The notes under the pieces were generated by a model, which was not told the DNA's origin, did no database searches, and was given only the letters and a program-made list of their open reading frames with translations. A DNA stretch of 64,000 nt from Geopsychrobacteraceae bacterium (GTDB lineage: Bacteria > Desulfobacterota > Desulfuromonadia > Desulfuromonadales > Geopsychrobacteraceae). The stretch spans positions 640,001 through 704,000 of the forward strand of contig CAXXTB010000002.1 in the NCBI GenBank assembly GCA_963676795.2. The letters run 5' to 3'. This document shows, piece by piece, positions 1 to 8,790 of the stretch; within the stretch, counting starts at the first letter, position 1; the number at the start of each line of letters is the position of its first letter. The position numbers and the translations under genes were made by a program.

Positions 1-607
1 CTTCGATGAAGACGCTGGCATCCTTGCTCATCTGATCCTTGCCCAGGTGGGGGAGCAGATCGTTGATGGTGAAGACCGGGTCGTTGTCATCCTCGCCGAT
101 GACAATGGTCTTTTCCGTACCGTCGCTCATGATGACAACGCCGTGCATCGCCAGCGGGCGGGTGACCCACTGGTATTTTTTGATGCCGCCGTAGTAGTGG
201 GTCTTGAAATAGGCCATATTCTCGGCCTCGTAGAGAGGGCAACCCTTGAGATCGATGCGCGGCGCATCGATGTGGGCGCCGACCATCAGCAAGCCTTGCT
301 CCAGAGTGCTGCGGTCACCGATATCGGCCAGGACACAGCTGACCTTGTCAAACACCAGAATCAGTTTGTTATCTGTGGGGCCAGCCTCTTCGATACGCAC
401 GTAACCGGCCGCTTTGGCCGCTTCTTCGATATAGAGCGCGGCTTCGCGCTCGGTCTTGCCTGCATCGAGAAAGGTTTTATAGCCTTCGGCAAAATCCATC
501 AGCTCTTTTTCACCGGCTTCACCGAGATCCTTCCAGGTCGATTTTTTGGTGAAAAAAAGTTTTTCCTTCAGTTCTTCAATCTGTTTTTTATTTTCGCTGT
601 CTTCCAT
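1..607 (-). CDS. M18-family aspartyl aminopeptidase (ApeA-like), 3' end truncated by the window edge
   Basis: Not in the ORF track. Manual translation from ATG at 607 (AAAGGAG RBS upstream) gives MEDSENKKQIEELKEKLFF...GAHIDAPRIDLKGCPLYE...KTHYYGGIKKYQWVTRPLAMHG, typical of M18 peptidases; the frame stays open to base 1. Confidence 0.9.
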   Translation of the reverse strand, partial: MEDSENKKQIEELKEKLFFTKKSTWKDLGEAGEKELMDFAEGYKTFLDAGKTEREAALYIEEAAKAAGYVRIEEAGPTDNKLILVFDKVSCVLADIGDRSTLEQGLLMVGAHIDAPRIDLKGCPLYEAENMAYFKTHYYGGIKKYQWVTRPLAMHGVVIMSDGTEKTIVIGEDDNDPVFTINDLLPHLGKDQMSKDASVFIE

Positions 608-774
608 GCGTCGCTCCTTTGGTCTCGCCATTCAGTGGAAATTGCATGTATTGATAATAGTCAATTTCTGAGTTTGCCATCAATTCCCGAAGGCAACTTT
701 CCTCCTTTTATTACAAAGGCCATAGCCCGATTTACGCTATTGAAAGGGTAGAGGGGGAGTGGAGAATTGAAAAC

Positions 775-807
775 AAAAAAGGCTTCGCAGCAAACTGCAA
801 AGCCTTT
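775..807 (-). terminator. Intrinsic terminator downstream of tRNA-fMet
   Basis: Imperfect inverted repeat AAAGGCTTCGCAG-caaa-CTGCAAAGCCTTT, with an A-run that reads as a U-tract on the minus strand. Confidence 0.7.
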
Positions 808-816
808 GAATTGTTT

Positions 817-893
<77 letters not shown>

Positions 894-905
894 TCAGTGG
901 AGGGG

Positions 906-934
906 ACACTAACAATTTGAGAGCGACTCGTCAA
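906..934 (-). promoter_or_regulatory. sigma70-type promoter of tRNA-fMet
   Basis: TTGACG-17 nt-TAGTGT, followed by a GC-rich discriminator just upstream of the tRNA. Confidence 0.65.
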
Positions 935-1043
935 CCCCTTTTCCCTCTTTTTTGAAGAACTCTTGTTCTGAGCCGGTCATTGGTGTAGAACCTGTGCAGC
1001 AGTTATTGGTTATATCAATTCAGATGCAGGATCTTATCGAAAA

Positions 1044-2084
1044 ATGCAGGGACCGATCTCTTTAGAAAAAGCTCTCATCGAACGACGCAAGGGGACATTG
1101 CTGGTTGATGTCCGGACTCCGGCCGAATTTGCCGAGACGACTATTCCCGGTGCGATCAATGTGCCGATTTTTTCCGATGAAGAGCGGGCCCTGGTCGGTA
1201 CTGTCTACAAACAGCAGGGGAACAAGGCTGCCCGCAGGCTCGGGGTCGAGCTGGTTTCGTCCAAAATTCCACAGATCATTGCTGCCGTTGAGGAAGCGCA
1301 GGGCGAGCGCAAACAGCCGGTGATCGTCTTCTGCTGGCGCGGCGGAATGCGCTCCTACGCCATCTGCTCTTTTCTCAACCTGGCCGGAATCCCTGCCCGT
1401 CAGCTGGAAGGCGGACATAAGGGGTTCCGCACAATGGTCGTCAACTATTTTGAAAAAGAAGAGTGGCCGCCGATCTATGTGCTGCGCGGGCTGACCGGGG
1501 TTGGCAAGACCCGCGTTCTGGCCGTGCTGGATGAACGAAGCTATCCGGTCGTCGATCTCGAGGGGATGGCCAATCACCGGGGCAGTGCCTTCGGCAACCT
1601 TGGCCTGGAGCCGCAGCCGTCGCAGAAGATGTTCGAGGCGCTGCTCTGGGATCGTCTCGACCAGTTGGCAGATTCAGCCTATCTGCTGACCGAAGGGGAG
1701 AGCCTGCATATCGGCCGGATCGTCGTGCCGAAAACCTTTCACCGGGCGATGCAGGTTCAGACCAGTCTGTGGTTGAACGCATCGCTTGAAACCCGGACCC
1801 GGGTGATTCTGGAAGAATATCCGGCCCGTGACCAGCTGCGTGAAAAATTCCGTCGTCCCCTGCTGGCCCTCAAGGAGCGGCTGGGGGGGAAGACCATCGA
1901 GGAATTCTGCGCCCTGCTGGATAACGGCGAGTGGGAAACCCTGACCCGCGAACTGATGGTCCGCTATTACGATCCTCTCTATATGCACACCCTGCCGGAG
2001 CAGCGGATTGAGATTGACCTTGATCCCTTTGATGAAGGGGTTGAACGTGTCGCATCAGCACTTGGCGATTTGCTGAAAGGCTGA
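1044..2084 (+). CDS. mnmH: tRNA 2-selenouridine(34) synthase
   Basis: N-terminal rhodanese domain (DVRTPAEF, FCWRGGMRS), P-loop GLTGVGKT, DLEGMANHRGSAFG. Confidence 0.95.
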   Translation: MQGPISLEKALIERRKGTLLVDVRTPAEFAETTIPGAINVPIFSDEERALVGTVYKQQGNKAARRLGVELVSSKIPQIIAAVEEAQGERKQPVIVFCWRGGMRSYAICSFLNLAGIPARQLEGGHKGFRTMVVNYFEKEEWPPIYVLRGLTGVGKTRVLAVLDERSYPVVDLEGMANHRGSAFGNLGLEPQPSQKMFEALLWDRLDQLADSAYLLTEGESLHIGRIVVPKTFHRAMQVQTSLWLNASLETRTRVILEEYPARDQLREKFRRPLLALKERLGGKTIEEFCALLDNGEWETLTRELMVRYYDPLYMHTLPEQRIEIDLDPFDEGVERVASALGDLLKG

Positions 2085-2208
2085 AAATGATGTCTTACGC
2101 TTCTCGTTGCGTGAGGCGATTCGGCTTGTTGATCAGAAAAATTCCCCCTCGGGTTGTTTTGAAAATGGCCGTCGGCTTATCCTGATTTAAGTCTATTCAG
2201 GAGAGCCC

Positions 2209-3519
2209 ATGACTCACAGCAGACAGCCTTGCGTGCCCATATCCCCGCTTTTCGTCAGTCAGTTCAGGGTTGATGAGGCATCGCCGTTTACCCGCTACCT
2301 GAACCGCCTTGAGGTTGAGGTCGCCGGGGAGAACTACGAAGAGTTGAAAACGCTTGAGCTGCTTGCCGATCCCGGCGACGATTTCTTTGCTGGGTGTCTT
2401 GAGCTGACCGAGGTTCTGCTGTCAACCTCCCAGAATATCTACAACTGTGATCTGCTGAAAAAACAGGGGATCCGTGTCTATATGGATGTGCCTCGCTACC
2501 AGGTTTACTACCGCAGTGCCGGGCGCTGTATCCGCTTTGTGCCGACCTGGCGTGAGCGGGTTCTTGAGCGCTTCTGCCACGAAGTGCCGCTGGTTGACGG
2601 CTCCTGGCGTGACTGCTCTCATGTCCTGCCCGGTTTTCAGGCCCGCTTCCTGGCGGACTGCGGCGGCGGAGTGCTGCTGTTGAACCGTTCCGGCGCCCCT
2701 GTCGAATTGCCGATTCTGACCGTCAGCCACGGTCCCTATGATCCGCATACCCTGGATGTCGCACTCTATTATCTGCGCAACGGCAAGGCGCGTGCCGCAC
2801 TGGTCAATCTTGGCTTCTCCGGCCGCGAGCCGCTGACCGACCGGAATCTTGAACGGCTTAAGCAATGGGGGGTACCGCTCAATCCGAGCAATATCGATAT
2901 CATCTATCCCTATATCGACGAACGTGGCCATCCCAACTGTTACAAACATGAACGCGGTCTCTGTGATTACCTCGATCTGCTTGGCGCCCCTCATCCCGAC
3001 CTGATTATCGATATCCACGGTTATGTCGGCACCCACGCGGAGGATGAGCGGGTTCTGGTCGGAATGGGGGGGCAGCCTCCTTATCCGACCCTGAGCGAAT
3101 TGGGCTCAGTCAGGCAGCGTGACGCCGTGCTGCACCTGCAGCCGCAGCCGCGTTTTCGAGACGGGCTGGCCATGATCCGGGATCTGTCGCCGGAGATCTA
3201 CGTCCAGCTCTGTCTGGCCAAGGAGCACTGCTGCCATTTCACTCTGCTGGGCGGCTTGCAGCTGATCGGCCGCAGTTTTAATCCCGCCGACGAGATTGTC
3301 AGTATGCTTGAGGGGGAAGAGCGCAGCATGCTGAAGAGAGAACAGATCCGCTGGTTGCCGAGTGCCGGTGCCAATGCCCTGCAGCGTCAGCAGGCCTGTC
3401 TGTTGCAGCGCAAGGCGCTCTGCATTCATGTCGAGATCCCCACCGGGATTCGCCGGCAACTGGCGAACAGGCTGCGTGAACAGGCGTTTGAGGCTTCCTT
3501 TGAGGCCAGCGGGTTGTAA
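2209..3519 (+). CDS. Hypothetical protein, possible zinc amidohydrolase of the carboxypeptidase-like fold
   Basis: 436 aa ORF with AGGAG RBS. Motifs SHGPYDPHT, LIIDIHG and CIHVEIPTGIR resemble the metal-binding and catalytic motifs of N-formylglutamate amidohydrolases and poly-gamma-glutamate hydrolases. The CDS is secure; the function is inferred. Confidence 0.7.
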   Translation: MTHSRQPCVPISPLFVSQFRVDEASPFTRYLNRLEVEVAGENYEELKTLELLADPGDDFFAGCLELTEVLLSTSQNIYNCDLLKKQGIRVYMDVPRYQVYYRSAGRCIRFVPTWRERVLERFCHEVPLVDGSWRDCSHVLPGFQARFLADCGGGVLLLNRSGAPVELPILTVSHGPYDPHTLDVALYYLRNGKARAALVNLGFSGREPLTDRNLERLKQWGVPLNPSNIDIIYPYIDERGHPNCYKHERGLCDYLDLLGAPHPDLIIDIHGYVGTHAEDERVLVGMGGQPPYPTLSELGSVRQRDAVLHLQPQPRFRDGLAMIRDLSPEIYVQLCLAKEHCCHFTLLGGLQLIGRSFNPADEIVSMLEGEERSMLKREQIRWLPSAGANALQRQQACLLQRKALCIHVEIPTGIRRQLANRLREQAFEASFEASGL

Positions 3520-3686
3520 TTTTTTCCGGCAGCGGCGTCTCATCAAATTCTCATCATCCGGGTAGAAATGATCTGACAGATAGTGTTTCCGAATCGGTTC
3601 CGGCGCTCAATTTATCTCTCTACATTTCCGAAATCTTTAGTAAGATATAAACTTTCGTAATGCCAGATCAAGAAAGGGCAAAACTG

Positions 3687-5186
3687 ATGAAATTTCAGAT
3701 CAAATATGGCGAACTCGCCAAGCAGAAAAGCAATTGCCTGATTGTCGGAGCCTTCGAGGATGAAATGACAACAGCGGAGCTGCAGCAGGTGGATCGCATA
3801 CTGGCCGGCGGCTTTGCCATGGCGACGCGCAGCGGCGAATTCAAGGGGAGCAAGGGGGAGACCCTGCTGATCCACAATCCTCATCCCTTCGGCTGCAGTC
3901 GGGTGCTGTTTGTCGGGCTGGGCAAGAAAGATAAATTTACACTGGGTCTGCTGCGCCAGACCGGCAGTGAGGCCGCAACATTTCTCAGTGCCCGCAGGAT
4001 CATCAGCTGTCAATTGGCGACAGCCACCTTCCGGTTTGGCGAAACTGTGCTGAAAGAGAATCTGCAGGCACTGATCGAAGGCTTCCTGCTGGCCGGTTAC
4101 AGCTACGACAGCTATCTGCCGGAGGCGCGTAAGAAAACATCTGTCCTGGAGTGGATGGAGCTGTTGCTGGTCGACGGTGACTGCAAGGGAGAGGCGCAGG
4201 CTGCCATCTATGCTGCGCTGGCGATCTGCTCCGGGGTTTGCCTGGCCCGCGATCTGGTCAATACCCCGGGGAACGTCAAGTCGCCGGAATTCCTCGCCCG
4301 GCAGGCGCTCACTTTAGGCGAACTGGAAAATGTCAGCGTCAGACTGATCGAGGTTGAAGAGCTAAAGAAGCAGGGCTTCAATGCGCTGCTGGCGGTTGCC
4401 CAGGGGAGCGAGCGCGACCCCTACCTGATTATTGTCGAATACCAGGGGGGCGACGCGGGCGACAAGCCGCACGCCCTGGTCGGCAAGGGGGTGGTCTTTG
4501 ACAGTGGCGGAATCTCGCTCAAGCCGGGGGCTGCTATGGACGAGATGAAGATGGATATGGCCGGCGCTGCCGCGGTACTCGGGACGATCGACGCTGCGGC
4601 GCGGATGAAGCTGCCGGTCAATCTGGTCGGTGTCGTGCCGACGGTTGAGAACATGCCGTCCGGAACCTCCTACCGTCCCGGTGATATTGTCACCTCGCTG
4701 GCCGGCAAAACCATCGAGGTGCTCAATACCGACGCCGAAGGCCGCCTGATTCTGGCCGATGCCATGACCTATGTCGCCCGCTATCAGCCTCAGTCGATGA
4801 TCGACCTGGCCACGCTGACCGGCGCCTGTATTGTCGCCCTGGGAGAGTATGGCGCCGGGGCGATGAGCAACAACGACGAACTGGCGCAGACGCTGGTGCG
4901 CTGCGGGCAGAAGACCAATGAAAAGGTCTGGCAGCTGCCGTTGTGGGATGAATATACGGAACAGATCAAGAGTGATTTTGCCGATCTCAAGAACACCGGT
5001 GGCCGTCCGGGGGGGGCTCTGACCGCGGCCGCCTTCCTCAAGGAGTTTGCCGGTGAGATCCCCTGGGTCCACCTCGATATTGCCGGTGTTGCCTGGGCTT
5101 CTGCGGCCAAGCCTGGACGGCCGAAGGGGGGGACCGGCTACGGGGTCCGGCTGCTGATCGATTATTTGCAGTCGCTGGCGAAATAA
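3687..5186 (+). CDS. pepA: Leucyl aminopeptidase (M17)
   Basis: GKGVVFDSGGISLK, MKMDMAGAA, NTDAEGRL and DLATLTGA motifs; start placed at ATG 3687 after AAGGG. Confidence 0.95.
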   Translation: MKFQIKYGELAKQKSNCLIVGAFEDEMTTAELQQVDRILAGGFAMATRSGEFKGSKGETLLIHNPHPFGCSRVLFVGLGKKDKFTLGLLRQTGSEAATFLSARRIISCQLATATFRFGETVLKENLQALIEGFLLAGYSYDSYLPEARKKTSVLEWMELLLVDGDCKGEAQAAIYAALAICSGVCLARDLVNTPGNVKSPEFLARQALTLGELENVSVRLIEVEELKKQGFNALLAVAQGSERDPYLIIVEYQGGDAGDKPHALVGKGVVFDSGGISLKPGAAMDEMKMDMAGAAAVLGTIDAAARMKLPVNLVGVVPTVENMPSGTSYRPGDIVTSLAGKTIEVLNTDAEGRLILADAMTYVARYQPQSMIDLATLTGACIVALGEYGAGAMSNNDELAQTLVRCGQKTNEKVWQLPLWDEYTEQIKSDFADLKNTGGRPGGALTAAAFLKEFAGEIPWVHLDIAGVAWASAAKPGRPKGGTGYGVRLLIDYLQSLAK

Positions 5187-5281
5187 GCAGTGAAATATAA
5201 AGTCAATTCGGCTATGATCCGCTGCTTTTTTCGAGACACCGCAGGCGCGGGTTCTGATATTGCGGAATACAGGTGGCTTCG

Positions 5282-5731
5282 ATGGAAAAGATAATCGTCG
5301 GCTGGCGCGAATGGCTGGCTCTCCCTGAATTAGGGATCGGGCGGATCAAGGCGAAGGTTGATACCGGGGCAAGGACCTCCTGCCTGCATGCCTATTTTGT
5401 TGAACCCTATAAAGAAAGGGGGCAGCAGATGGTGCGCTTTGGGATTCACCCGCTGCAGAAACGGACCGATATAGAACTGGTCTGTCAGGCGCCGGTCAAG
5501 GATGTCCGTGAGGTCACCGATTCGGGTGGACACCGGGAGATGCGCTATGTCATCGAAACAACGGTCTGTCTCGGCGAGGCGTGCCGATCGATTGAGATGA
5601 CCCTGACCAACCGCGATACGATGAAGTTTCGCATGCTGCTAGGACGCTCAGCCCTGAAGGGGATGCTGGTTGTTCCTGATGGCTCCTATCTGCTGCGCGG
5701 AGATGGGCCTCTTCGAGATATGATGGAGTAA
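5282..5731 (+). CDS. RimK-associated retropepsin-like protease ('ATP-dependent zinc protease', RimB-like)
   Basis: GWREW, AKVDTGARTS (DTG aspartic protease motif) and MLLGR; lies immediately upstream of rimK. Confidence 0.9.
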   Translation: MEKIIVGWREWLALPELGIGRIKAKVDTGARTSCLHAYFVEPYKERGQQMVRFGIHPLQKRTDIELVCQAPVKDVREVTDSGGHREMRYVIETTVCLGEACRSIEMTLTNRDTMKFRMLLGRSALKGMLVVPDGSYLLRGDGPLRDMME

Positions 5732-5737
5732 GCTGTT

Positions 5738-6643
5738 ATGAAAATTGCCGTACTGTCCCGCAACCCTGAACTCTATTCGACCCGCCGGTTCGTTGAAGCC
5801 GGGAAAGAGCAGGGGCATGATATCCGGGTCATCGATCCGTTGCGCTGTTATATGACCATCGCCAGCCAGCGGCCGACGATCCACTATCGTGGTGAGGAGT
5901 TGACCGGTTTTGATGCCATCATCCCGCGCATCGGGGCCTCGATCACCTTCTACGGGACAGCCGTTGTCCGCCAGTTCGAAATGATGGGGGTCTACAGCGT
6001 CAACGAATCGGTTGCGATCAGCCGCTCCCGTGACAAGCTGCGCAGTCTGCAGTTGCTGGCCCGCAAGGGGATCGGCCTGCCGGTCACCGGTTTTGCCCAT
6101 TCGACCCAGTATACCGGGGACCTGATCGACCATGTCGGCGGGGCGCCGCTGGTGATCAAGCTGCTGGAGGGGACGCAGGGGATCGGGGTGGTTCTGGCCG
6201 AGACCGACAAGGCTGCCGAGAGTGTTATCGAGGCGTTTCGCGGGCTGCGGGAGAATATCCTGGTTCAGGAATTTATCAAGGAGGCCCACGGGGCCGATCT
6301 GCGCTGCTTTGTCATCGGTGACAAGGTTGTTGCCGCAATGAAACGTCAGGCCAAGGAGGGCGAGTTCCGTTCCAACCTGCACCGGGGCGGAACCTCGAGT
6401 ATTGCGCGGCTGACGCCCGAAGAGCGTTCCACGGCAGTGCGCGCCGCCAAGATCATGGGGCTGAATGTCGCCGGTGTTGATCTGCTGCGCTCCAATCATG
6501 GTCCGGTGGTCATGGAGGTCAATTCTTCGCCGGGGCTGGAAGGGATCGAGGAGGCGACCGAGAAGGATATCGCCGGGATGATCATCCAGTTTATTGAAAA
6601 GAACGCCAAGCCGGGTAAGACCAGAACGCGGGGGCAGGGGTGA
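5738..6643 (+). CDS. rimK: ATP-grasp alpha-L-glutamate ligase RimK
   Basis: [49 protein letters not shown]. Confidence 0.96.
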   Translation: MKIAVLSRNPELYSTRRFVEAGKEQGHDIRVIDPLRCYMTIASQRPTIHYRGEELTGFDAIIPRIGASITFYGTAVVRQFEMMGVYSVNESVAISRSRDKLRSLQLLARKGIGLPVTGFAHSTQYTGDLIDHVGGAPLVIKLLEGTQGIGVVLAETDKAAESVIEAFRGLRENILVQEFIKEAHGADLRCFVIGDKVVAAMKRQAKEGEFRSNLHRGGTSSIARLTPEERSTAVRAAKIMGLNVAGVDLLRSNHGPVVMEVNSSPGLEGIEEATEKDIAGMIIQFIEKNAKPGKTRTRGQG

Positions 6644-7674
6644 AGAAGAACACGCCGTTTTCCTTCGCCGGCTACGATATCCAGCCCGGCGAACGCAGAA
6701 CCGTCAACCTGCCGATGTCACGGCTCTATTCCCATGACGAAATCACCCTGCCGGTTCAGGTGATCAACGGCAAATCGGCGGGGCCGGTTCTGTTTGTCAG
6801 TGCCGCCGTGCATGGCGATGAGATCAATGGCGTCGAGGTGATCCGCCGCCTGCTGGGGGGCAAAGCTTTGAGCGGTCTGCGCGGGACCCTTCTGGCCCTG
6901 CCGGTGGCCAACCCCTTCGGCTTTATCCTCCATGCCCGCTACCTGCCCGACCGGCGCGACCTGAACCGCTCCTTTCCCGGTTCGGCCAAGGGGTCACAGG
7001 CCGCGCGCCTGGCCCATCTGATTTTCAACGATATCGCCGTGCGCTGCGATTATGCGATCGATCTGCACACCGGTTCGAACTTCCGCAGCAACCTGCCGCA
7101 GATCCGTATCAGCATGGACGAGCCTGAGACCCTGGAGCTGGCCAAGGTTTTTGGTGCGCCGGTGGTTGTTCCTTCAGAGCTGCGCGAGGGCTCCCTGCGC
7201 GAGGCGATTGCCGGGCTGGGCAAGCCGGTCATGGTTTATGAGGCCGGAGAAGCTCTTTATTTCAACGAACAGGCGATTCGCACCGGTCTGCGCGGCGTAG
7301 TCAATGTGATGCGCCATGTCGGTATGTTGCCGGCCAGCCGTGGCAGGCAGAAGCTGCGCGAACCGGTGGTGACCGACCAGACCAGCTGGGTACGTGCCGT
7401 CATGAGCGGAATCTTTTCGCGCCGCGCTCAACTTGGTGATATGGTAAAAAAAGGTGCCTTGCTGGGGCTGTTGAGCGATCCGCTCGGCGACGACTATGAA
7501 GAGTTGCGCGCACCGTTCAGCGGGATTGTCATCGGCCAGCAGAATCTGCCCCTGGCTCATGAGGGGGACGCTCTGATCCATCTGGCCAAAGTGCCGGATC
7601 AGGATGAGGCCGAGGAGGTAATGGAGGCCTTCCAGTCGAGCCTGACGGAGGAAGACTTCTCGCTCGAACGATAA
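6640..7674 (+). CDS. Succinylglutamate desuccinylase/aspartoacylase family (M14-like) peptidase
   Basis: [24 protein letters not shown] and YEAGE; GTGA overlap with the rimK stop. Confidence 0.9.
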   Translation: MKKNTPFSFAGYDIQPGERRTVNLPMSRLYSHDEITLPVQVINGKSAGPVLFVSAAVHGDEINGVEVIRRLLGGKALSGLRGTLLALPVANPFGFILHARYLPDRRDLNRSFPGSAKGSQAARLAHLIFNDIAVRCDYAIDLHTGSNFRSNLPQIRISMDEPETLELAKVFGAPVVVPSELREGSLREAIAGLGKPVMVYEAGEALYFNEQAIRTGLRGVVNVMRHVGMLPASRGRQKLREPVVTDQTSWVRAVMSGIFSRRAQLGDMVKKGALLGLLSDPLGDDYEELRAPFSGIVIGQQNLPLAHEGDALIHLAKVPDQDEAEEVMEAFQSSLTEEDFSLER

Positions 7675-7692
7675 CAAACACAGGAGCCACGG

Positions 7693-8790
7693 ATGATGGA
7701 CCCCCTCAATAGCGCGTTTCGTACGGTTACCTCCCTGTTCAGGGCGCCGGTCAAGCAGATCGGTCTGCCCCCCGGAACCCTTGTTCATGTTGGCCAGCAG
7801 AAGATGGAGCGGTCGATCATCACCTACATCGACTACTCCGACAGTTATTATGAGGTGTGCCCCGATGTGAGCCTGGATGATTGCCGGCCGCTGCGCGATA
7901 GCGACAGGGTCAGCTGGATCAACCTGGACGGTATTCACGATATTGCCCTGATCGATGCCTTTGGCGAGGCCTTCAGCCTGCACCCGCTGATGCTCGAGGA
8001 CATCCTCAATACCGGCCATCCCCCGAAGTTTGAAGAGTTCGATGACTCCGCTCTGATCATTATGAAGATGCTCGATTTCAATGCTGAGACCTGTCAGCTC
8101 GAGGTCGAACAGTTCAGTCTGGTACTGACCCCCAAAAATGTTATTACCTTTCAGGAGCATAGCGGCGATGTCTTTGCCAGCGTGCGTGAACGACTGGAGC
8201 GCAGAAGCGGCCGGATTCGTCAGCGCGGGCCCGATTACCTCGCCTATGCCCTGGTCGACAGCATCGTTGACAGCTACTTTCATGTGCTGGAAAAGATCGG
8301 CGACAGCCTTGATAATCTCGAGACCGAGCTGATCAACAGGCCGACCCAGGATCTGCTGCAGAAGGTCCACCAGCTCAAGGGGCAGCTGATTCTGCTGCGC
8401 AAAACCGTCTGGCCGCTGCGAGAACTGATCGGTAACATGTTGCACAGCGAGTCGGAGCTGCTCGATGAGGGAACCAGCATCTATCTGCGTGATCTCTATG
8501 ATCACGGTCTGCAGGTTATGGAGACCGTCGAGAACTTCCGCGATACGGCCTCCGGGCTGATCGATCTCTATATGTCGAGCGTCAGCCAACGGATGAACGA
8601 GGTCATGCGGGTGCTGACCATCATGGCCTCAATCTTTATTCCGCTGACCTTCATCGCCGGAATCTACGGCATGAACTTCGATAATATGCCCGAACTGCAC
8701 TGGCGCTACGGTTATCCAATGGCCTGGGGGCTGATGCTTCTCTGTCTGGTCGCTATGCTCTGGTATTTCAAGAGGAAAAAATGGTTTTGA
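7693..8790 (+). CDS. corA: Magnesium/cobalt transporter CorA
   Basis: GLPPGTL N-terminus, LHPLMLEDI, YGMNF-x2-MPEL signature, two C-terminal TM helices. Confidence 0.95.
   Translation: MMDPLNSAFRTVTSLFRAPVKQIGLPPGTLVHVGQQKMERSIITYIDYSDSYYEVCPDVSLDDCRPLRDSDRVSWINLDGIHDIALIDAFGEAFSLHPLMLEDILNTGHPPKFEEFDDSALIIMKMLDFNAETCQLEVEQFSLVLTPKNVITFQEHSGDVFASVRERLERRSGRIRQRGPDYLAYALVDSIVDSYFHVLEKIGDSLDNLETELINRPTQDLLQKVHQLKGQLILLRKTVWPLRELIGNMLHSESELLDEGTSIYLRDLYDHGLQVMETVENFRDTASGLIDLYMSSVSQRMNEVMRVLTIMASIFIPLTFIAGIYGMNFDNMPELHWRYGYPMAWGLMLLCLVAMLWYFKRKKWF

Noticed and set aside
47..751. 234-aa plus-strand ORF in the track
   Set aside because: Antisense shadow of the M18 aminopeptidase on the minus strand, which has an RBS and family motifs.
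1044..2084. Functional clustering of selU with its tRNA-Lys/Glu substrates, or nearby selenoproteins
   Set aside because: The tRNAs are more than 12 kb away with unrelated genes between, and I noticed no in-frame TGA read-through candidate or selD in the window.
7174..8589. Long antisense ORFs (also 10527-11762, 13041-14207, 31440-33038, 37240-38682, 45877-46917)
   Set aside because: They lie opposite well-conserved genes; such stop-poor shadow frames are expected in GC-rich coding DNA and show no recognisable motifs.
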